Source: Actinomycetales bacterium
Lineage (GTDB): Bacteria > Actinomycetota > Actinomycetes > Actinomycetales > CAVURS01
Length of the DNA: 50,020 nucleotides
NCBI GenBank assembly: GCA_045807245.1
Contig: JBJMHS010000069.1
Span: 1-50,020 of the forward strand
Direction: 5' to 3'
The translations under genes were made by a program, and so were the position numbers. Of the stretch, positions 43,946 through 50,020 are shown piece after piece (the first letter of the stretch is position 1; each line of letters starts with the position of its first letter). Under the pieces are notes generated by a model. The model was not told where the DNA came from. It did not search any database and worked only from the letters and a program-made list of their open reading frames with translations.

Positions 43946-45648
43946 ACCCGGGGCCACCCGCTGCACCCGGTCAGCCGGACCTGACGACCCTGCTGGGCGA
44001 CGCCGAGGCGTGGAGCGCGGACGACCCCGACCCGGTGACGCGGGCCGAGCTGGACCGGGTCGTCGAAGCGGCCCGAGCCGGCTCCACGCAGGCGATCGCC
44101 GACCTGGAGGACCGGTTCAGCGGGTTGCTCGAGTTCGGCACCGCCGGCCTGCGTGGGGAGCTCGGCGCCGGACCGCACCGGATGAACCGGTCGGTGGTGA
44201 TCCGCGCCGCCGCCGGCCTCACGGCGTACCTGAAGAAAGAGGACAGGTCACCGGCGGTGGTCATCGGGTACGACGCGCGCCACAACTCCGACGTGTTCGC
44301 CCGTGACACGGCTGCGGTCGTGACGGCGGCCGGCGGGAGTGCCATGGTGCTGCCCAAACATCTGCCGACACCCGTCCTGGCCTTCGCGATCCGCCACCTC
44401 GGCTGCGACGCCGGGGTCATGGTGACCGCGAGCCACAACCCCCCGCGGGACAACGGGTACAAGGTCTACCTGGGCGACGGCAGCCAGATCGTGCCGCCGG
44501 CCGACGCCGGGATCGCCGCCCAGATCGCCGCCATAGCCCGTACGTCGGACGTGCCACTCGACGAGGAAGGTTGGATCACGCTCGACGAGGAGCCGCTCGA
44601 GGCCTACCTCGACGCCGTCGCCGCAGTGCCGGCCCGCGACACACCGCGGGACCTGTCCGTCGTCCACACGCCGTTGCACGGGGTCGGCCGTGACGTGTTC
44701 GTCGCGGCACTGACCAGAGCGGGCTACCAGCCGCCGTACGTCGTTGCGTCGCAAGGCGATCCGGACCCCGACTTCCCGACCGTCGCGTTCCCGAACCCGG
44801 AGGAGCCGGGCGCGATCGACGCGGCGCTCGACGCGGCGCGGGAACGAGGCGCGGACATCGTCCTGGCGAACGACCCGGATGCCGACCGGTGTGCGGTCGC
44901 GGTCCCGGACGCCGGAGCCGCAGGCGGTTGGCGGATGCTGCGCGGCGACGAGGTCGGCGTCCTGCTCGGCTCGCACCTGATCGACCGCGGCGTCCCCGGC
45001 GACGCAGTGTTCGTCAACTCGATCGTCTCCTCGCGCTGGCTGGCCGGGATCTGCGCCGCCGCGGGCGTCGCGCACGAGGAGACGTTGACCGGGTTCAAGT
45101 GGATCTCACGGGTGCCGGGTCTGCGCTACGGGTACGAGGAGGCGCTCGGCTACTGCGTCGACCCCGGGCACGTGCGCGACAAGGACGGCGTGTCGGCGGC
45201 GCTGCTCATGGCCGAGCTGGCCGCGACCTTGAAGGCAGAGGGACGCAGCCTGCTCGACCGGCTCGACGACCTGGCCCGTGAGCACGGTCTCTACCAGACC
45301 GACCAGCTGTCCGTCCGGGTGGAGGACCTGAGCCAGATCGGGACGGCGATGCGAGAGCTCCGGGAGGCGCCACCGACATCGCTCGGCGGCAGCGACGTGG
45401 TCCAGCTGGACGACCTCGAGCACCCGACCGGCGAGCTGCCGCCGACCGACGGGCTGCGCTTCGTGATGGCCGACGGGTCGCGCGTCGTCGCCCGCCCGAG
45501 CGGCACCGAGCCCAAGCTCAAGTGCTACCTGGAGGTCATCGTGCCCGTGGCGGCCACCGGCGACGGCGCGGCGACCGCCCGTCGTACCGCGGCCGACGCC
45601 CTGGCCCGGCTGCGGGCCGACGTCGCGGCGGCCGTCGGGATCGGCTGA
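43942..45648 (+). CDS. Phospho-sugar mutase (PGM/PMM family, possible phosphopentomutase)
   Basis: FGTAGLRG, TASHNP, NDPDADR, YGYEEALG, RPSGTEPKLK; GTGA overlap with punA. Confidence 0.93.
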   Translation: MNPGPPAAPGQPDLTTLLGDAEAWSADDPDPVTRAELDRVVEAARAGSTQAIADLEDRFSGLLEFGTAGLRGELGAGPHRMNRSVVIRAAAGLTAYLKKEDRSPAVVIGYDARHNSDVFARDTAAVVTAAGGSAMVLPKHLPTPVLAFAIRHLGCDAGVMVTASHNPPRDNGYKVYLGDGSQIVPPADAGIAAQIAAIARTSDVPLDEEGWITLDEEPLEAYLDAVAAVPARDTPRDLSVVHTPLHGVGRDVFVAALTRAGYQPPYVVASQGDPDPDFPTVAFPNPEEPGAIDAALDAARERGADIVLANDPDADRCAVAVPDAGAAGGWRMLRGDEVGVLLGSHLIDRGVPGDAVFVNSIVSSRWLAGICAAAGVAHEETLTGFKWISRVPGLRYGYEEALGYCVDPGHVRDKDGVSAALLMAELAATLKAEGRSLLDRLDDLAREHGLYQTDQLSVRVEDLSQIGTAMRELREAPPTSLGGSDVVQLDDLEHPTGELPPTDGLRFVMADGSRVVARPSGTEPKLKCYLEVIVPVAATGDGAATARRTAADALARLRADVAAAVGIG

Positions 45649-45702
45649 GGCTCGCCTCCGCTGCCCGACGAAGGCCCACGAAGGCCGACATAGACTCGGT
45701 CG

Positions 45703-46764
45703 GTGACCTCTTCGACGGTGCAGAGCACGGACCCGGTCGAGCCCGACGTGGTGCCGGACCTCGCGCCGCTGGAACGCGCACACTCGGTGGTCGGCACGAG
45801 CGAGCTGACCGACTCGGCCTTGCGAGGCTTCCTGCACGGCCTGCCCGGCGTCGACCAGGTCGGCCTCGAGGCCCGGGCCGCGGGCCTGAGCACGCGCTCG
45901 ATCAAGACGACGTCGAAAGCCTGGGCCATCGACATGGCCATCTCGATGATCGACCTCACGACGCTCGAGGGTGCCGACACACCGGGCAAGGTGCGCTCGC
46001 TGTGCGCCAAGGCGACCACGCCGGACCCGGGTGACCTGACCTGCCCGCGCGTGGCCGCGGTCTGCGTCTACAACGACCTGGTCGGCGAGGCGATCTCCGC
46101 CCTTCAGGAGTACGGCGGCCGGGTGCCGGCCACCAAGGGCGGCGGGTCGTGGGTGAACGTCGCGGCCGTGGCCACGGCGTTCCCGTCCGGCCGCGCCAGC
46201 ATGGAGGTCAAGCTGGCCGACACCAAGGACGCGGTGGAGGCCGGCGCCGACGAGATCGACATGGTCATCGACCGGGGCGCCTTCCTGTCCGGCCGCTACC
46301 TGCAGGTGTTCGACGAGATCGTGGCGATCAAGGAGGCCTGCCGCACGTCGGGGCGGGGCGCGCACCTCAAGGTCATCCTGGAGACGGGCGAGCTGGCGAC
46401 GTACGACAACGTACGGCGCGCGTCCTGGCTGGCCATGCTGGCCGGGGCTGACTTCATCAAGACGAGCACCGGCAAGGTGTCACCGGCGGCCACGTTGCCA
46501 GTGACCCTGCTCATGCTGCAGGCGGTCCGGGACTTCCGCGCGGCCACCGGCCACCAGGTCGGCGTCAAGCCGGCCGGCGGCATCCGGACCAGCAAGGACG
46601 CCCTGCGCTACCTGGTGACCGTGAGCGAGACCGCCGGACCGGACTGGCTGGACCCGAGCTGGTTCCGGTTCGGTGCGTCCAGCCTGCTCAACGACCTTCT
46701 GCTGCAACGACAGAAGCTCGCGAGCGGCCACTACTCCGGCCCCGACTACGTGACGGTGGACTGA
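45703..46764 (+). CDS. deoC: Deoxyribose-phosphate aldolase
   Basis: IDLTTLEG, GADEIDMVI, LKVILETGEL, DFIKTSTGK, GVKPAGGIR, FRFGASSL. Confidence 0.97.
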   Translation: MTSSTVQSTDPVEPDVVPDLAPLERAHSVVGTSELTDSALRGFLHGLPGVDQVGLEARAAGLSTRSIKTTSKAWAIDMAISMIDLTTLEGADTPGKVRSLCAKATTPDPGDLTCPRVAAVCVYNDLVGEAISALQEYGGRVPATKGGGSWVNVAAVATAFPSGRASMEVKLADTKDAVEAGADEIDMVIDRGAFLSGRYLQVFDEIVAIKEACRTSGRGAHLKVILETGELATYDNVRRASWLAMLAGADFIKTSTGKVSPAATLPVTLLMLQAVRDFRAATGHQVGVKPAGGIRTSKDALRYLVTVSETAGPDWLDPSWFRFGASSLLNDLLLQRQKLASGHYSGPDYVTVD

Positions 46765-48203
46765 TGGCGACGTTCGAGTACGCGCCCGCGCCCGAGTCCC
46801 GGGCGATCGTGAACCTGCGCAGCAGCTACGGCCTGTTCGTCAACGGCGCGTTCGTGGCCCCTGCGGCCGGCGGGTCGTTCAAGACGGTGAACCCCGCGAC
46901 GGAGGAGGTGCTCGCCGAGATCTCGGAGGCGGGCGAGGCCGACGTCGACCGGGCGGTGGCGGCTGCCCGTACGGCGTACGACAAGGTGTGGTCGCGGCTG
47001 CCCGGGCGTGAGCGCGGCAAGTACCTGTACCGGATCGCGCGCCTCCTGCAGGAGCGCTCGCGCGAGTTCGCCGTCCTGGAGAGCCTGGACAACGGCAAGC
47101 CGATCAAGGAGAGCCGCGACGTCGACGTGCCCCTCGCAGCGGCGCACTTCTTCTACCACGGCGGCTGGGCCGACAAGCTCGAGCACGCCGGCCTCGGGCC
47201 CGACCCGAAGCCGATCGGCGTTGCCGGACAAGTGATTCCATGGAACTTCCCGCTGCTCATGCTGTCGTGGAAGATCGCGCCGGCGCTCGCCTGCGGCAAC
47301 ACCGTGGTCCTCAAGCCGGCCGAGACGACGCCGCTGACGGCGCTGCTGTTCGCGGAGGTCTGCCAGCAGGCCGAGCTGCCGCCCGGGGTGGTCAACATCC
47401 TCACCGGCGCTGGAGCGACCGGCCGAGCGCTGGTCGAACACGACGGCGTGGACAAGGTCGCCTTCACCGGCTCGACCGAGGTGGGCAAGGCCATCGCCCG
47501 CGCCATCGCCGGCACCCGCAAGCGCGCGACCCTCGAGCTGGGCGGCAAGGCCGCGAACATCGTGTTCGACGACGCTCCCGTCGACCAGGCCGTCGAGGGC
47601 ATCGTCAACGGCATCTTCTTCAACCAGGGGCACGTCTGCTGCGCCGGCTCGCGACTGCTCGTGCAGGAGTCGGTCGCTGACGAGGTCGTCGGCAAGCTCA
47701 AGCAGCGGCTCACGACGCTGCGGCTCGGCGACCCGCTCGACAAGAACACGGACGTCGGGGCGATCAACTCGGCCGAGCAGCTCGCCAAGATCCGCGAGCT
47801 GTCCCAGGTCGGCGAGGACGAGGGCGCGATCCGCTGGACGGCTCCGTGCCCCATCCCCGACCGCGGCTACTGGTTCGCCCCGACGCTGCTGACCGACGTC
47901 TCGCCCGCGCACCGCGTCGCCGTCGAGGAGATCTTCGGGCCGGTCGTGTCGGTGCTGACGTTCCGCACCCAGGCCGAGGCGATCGAGAAGGCCAACAACT
48001 CGCGCTACGGGCTGGCGGCCGGGATCTGGACCGACAAGGGCGCCAAGGCGTTCGAGGTCGCGTCCGCGCTGCAGGCCGGCGTGATCTGGCAGAACACCTA
48101 CAACCACTTCGATCCGACTGCCGCATTCGGCGGCTACAAGGAGAGCGGCTTCGGCCGCGAGGGCGGGCCGGCCGGCCTGCGGCCCTACCTGCGGATGACA
48201 TGA
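46764..48203 (+). CDS. Aldehyde dehydrogenase (catalytic subunit)
   Basis: IPWNFP, FTGSTEVG, LELGGK, catalytic FFNQGHVCCAGSR, EEIFGPV, FGGYKESGFGREGG. Confidence 0.96.
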   Translation: MATFEYAPAPESRAIVNLRSSYGLFVNGAFVAPAAGGSFKTVNPATEEVLAEISEAGEADVDRAVAAARTAYDKVWSRLPGRERGKYLYRIARLLQERSREFAVLESLDNGKPIKESRDVDVPLAAAHFFYHGGWADKLEHAGLGPDPKPIGVAGQVIPWNFPLLMLSWKIAPALACGNTVVLKPAETTPLTALLFAEVCQQAELPPGVVNILTGAGATGRALVEHDGVDKVAFTGSTEVGKAIARAIAGTRKRATLELGGKAANIVFDDAPVDQAVEGIVNGIFFNQGHVCCAGSRLLVQESVADEVVGKLKQRLTTLRLGDPLDKNTDVGAINSAEQLAKIRELSQVGEDEGAIRWTAPCPIPDRGYWFAPTLLTDVSPAHRVAVEEIFGPVVSVLTFRTQAEAIEKANNSRYGLAAGIWTDKGAKAFEVASALQAGVIWQNTYNHFDPTAAFGGYKESGFGREGGPAGLRPYLRMT

Positions 48204-49021
48204 CCGAGCGCCTCGCCGTCCGCAAGACCTACTAGCTCTGGATCGGGGGCGCGTTCGTGCGCTCGGAATCCGGGCGCTACGACCGCGCGGGCGACTTCAA
48301 CATCCCGCGCGGCTCGCGCAAGGACGTGCGCGACGCGGTCGTCGCGGCGCGCAAGGCGTTCGGGCCGTGGGCGGCGCGCACGGCCTACAACCGCGGGCAG
48401 ATCCTGTACCGCGCGGCCGAAGCCCTGGAGTCGCGCGCGGAGACACTGTCCCCGCCCGCCCCACGCTCCGAGGTCGAGCAGGCGATCGACGTCCTGCTGC
48501 ACTACGCAGGCTGGACCGACAAGATCGCGCCGGTGCTGGGCGGCGTGAATCCCGTCGCTGCGCCGTTCCTGTCGTTCTCGCTGCCCGAGCCGACCGGCGT
48601 CGTCGGCGTGGTCGCGCCCGACCAGCCGCCGCTTCTGGGCCTCGTCGCCGAGATCGCCCCGGCGCTGGCCGCCGGCAACACCGTCGTCGCGATCCTGTCC
48701 GACAGCGCCCCGCTCGGCGGGCTGGACCTGGCCGAGGCGCTGGGTGTCTCCGACATCCCCGGCGGCGTGGTGAACCTGCTCAGCGGGCGCCGCGCGGAAC
48801 TGGCGCCGGCGCTGGCGGCCCACCGAGATCTCAACGCGATCGTCGACGCCGCCGGCGAACCGGAGCTGGCCGCCGAGCTGGACCGGCTGGCGTCCGAGAC
48901 GATCAAGCGCGCCCGCCACGGCCGCGCCGCGACCACCTACGACGAGGCGGTCGGCGACGCGCTATCGCGGCTGGAAGCCGTGACCGAGCTCAAGACGGCC
49001 TGGCACCCGATCGGCGCCTGA
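48200..49021 (+). pseudogene. Short ALDH-like partner subunit interrupted by an in-frame TAG at 48233-48235
   Basis: ATG 48200 overlaps the upstream stop; reads MTERLAVRKTY*LWIGGAFVRSESGR...SRKDVRDAV...TAYNRGQILYR...ELKTAWHPIGA in one frame. Confidence 0.75.
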
Positions 49022-49026
49022 CGCGC

Positions 49027-49275
49027 TCAGCGCGACCGGCCGCTCACGCAGGCGATGTCGTACTGCGACACCGCGTGCGAGTTGGTCGCCGGGTTGCTGT
49101 CCGCCCCGGCGTAGGTGTTCGTCGCGAACACGAACCCGCTCGTCGAGAACCCCGGCGGCGGGTTGGAACCGGGGTCGTTCTCGCAGTCGGCACCCGGCTG
49201 GCCTGCACCCGCGGGCGCCGCGGCCAACATCAAGACAGTCGCGGCGGATGCCACGACGGGACCCAGCTTGCGCAT
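49027..49275 (-). CDS. Small secreted hypothetical protein with two Cys
   Basis: AAGGAGG RBS, signal peptide ending AGA, C-terminal AVSQYDIAC. Confidence 0.75.
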   Translation of the reverse strand: MRKLGPVVASAATVLMLAAAPAGAGQPGADCENDPGSNPPPGFSTSGFVFATNTYAGADSNPATNSHAVSQYDIACVSGRSR

Positions 49276-49390
49276 GGGTTCCTCCTTGGGTCGTTGGGCC
49301 TTCCACACCCCACGACGCGCCACGGGCTGCGGACCTTCCCGGCTGGTTTGACCGCGGACAGCCCCCGCGGCTGCTTGAATCCGCGCGGCC

Positions 49391-50020
49391 GTGCACCCGA
49401 TCTCCTACTTCCAGGCGCTCGTCATCGGGCTGCTGCAGGGCGTGTCCGAGCTCTTCCCGGTGTCGAGCCTCGGGCACAGCGTCATCCTGCCGCGCGTCCT
49501 TGGGTGGGACATCCACCAGAACGACGACTACTTCATCACCTTCCTGGTGGCGACCCACCTCGCCACCGCGATCGTGCTGCTCGGCTTCTTCTTCAAGGAC
49601 TGGGTGCGGATCGTGCGCGGGCTGGGCCGCTCGCTGCGCGACCGCGAGATCGCGAAGGACGACACGGACGCCAAGCTCGGCTGGATGCTCGTAGTGGGGA
49701 CGATCCCGGCGGGCCTGCTCGGGCTGCTGCTCGAGCACGCGCTGCGCAAGGTGTTCGCCTCGGCGCAGTCGGCCGCGCTGTTCCTGATGCTCAACGGCGT
49801 GCTGCTCTACGGCGCCGAGCGGCTGCGCCGCCGCGCCCCGGGGCCCGACCCGCTGCTGCCCGACGCCGACGCGCGGATCGTCGCGCGGGTGGGCTGGCGC
49901 GAGTCGCTGTACGTCGGCACCGCGCAGGCGCTGGCGCTGATTCCGGGCTTCTCGCGCTCTGGCGCCTCGATGGGCGGCGGGCTGCTCGTCGGCCTGTCCA
50001 ACGAGGACGCGGCGCGGTTC
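49391..50020 (+). CDS. uppP: Undecaprenyl-diphosphatase, partial (runs off the window; not in the ORF track)
   Basis: Manual translation from GTG 49391: MHPISYFQALVIGLLQGVSELFPVSSLGHS...HLATA...GTIPAG...ALIPGFSRSG. Confidence 0.95.
   Translation, partial: MHPISYFQALVIGLLQGVSELFPVSSLGHSVILPRVLGWDIHQNDDYFITFLVATHLATAIVLLGFFFKDWVRIVRGLGRSLRDREIAKDDTDAKLGWMLVVGTIPAGLLGLLLEHALRKVFASAQSAALFLMLNGVLLYGAERLRRRAPGPDPLLPDADARIVARVGWRESLYVGTAQALALIPGFSRSGASMGGGLLVGLSNEDAARF

Noticed and set aside
48233..48235. Pyrrolysine or genome-wide TAG recoding
   Set aside because: TAG is a normal stop for several genes here (for example rmlA and the sigma factor) and no pyl genes are visible.
1..50020. tRNA, rRNA, prophage or defence-system genes
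   Set aside because: No intergenic space or motifs supporting them were found; nearly all sequence is explained by the listed CDSs.

Overview
High-GC actinobacterial chromosomal region with no rRNA, tRNA or CRISPR recognised. It opens with the left end of an IS481-family element sitting in the CTAG that holds the stop codon of a LexA-box-controlled DUF222/HNH gene. A cell-surface glycan cluster follows (GT4, DegT aminotransferase, N-acetyltransferase, PpgS-like GT2 plus DUF2304, flippase, methyltransferase, ugd and rmlB/A/D/C in alternating orientations). Next is the conserved actinobacterial backbone: purE-purK-GtrA, a two-component system, enoyl-CoA hydratase, cya, PH-domain protein, birA, pccB plus epsilon, maf, accA, lpdA, GGCT, punA, phosphomutase, deoC and an ALDH pair. 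Inserted in this backbone are (i) a MerR/LiuR-type leucine-catabolism module whose YngE-type carboxyltransferase is followed by its own epsilon subunit, (ii) two tandem CAP proteins sharing a 23-bp upstream motif, (iii) a translationally coupled cassette of AftA-like GT-C, GT2-methyltransferase fusion and ArnE/F-like flippase, (iv) an ECF42 sigma/DGPF module and (v) a secreted TAP-like peptidase. Cassette (iii) is the best candidate for an undescribed system, possibly transferring a methylated sugar from a lipid carrier. The last ~2.3 kb has an in-frame TAG in the second ALDH gene and a codon-usage shift suggesting a chimeric join or recombination. Many genes look leaderless. All family calls come from motif recognition by eye, not database searches.
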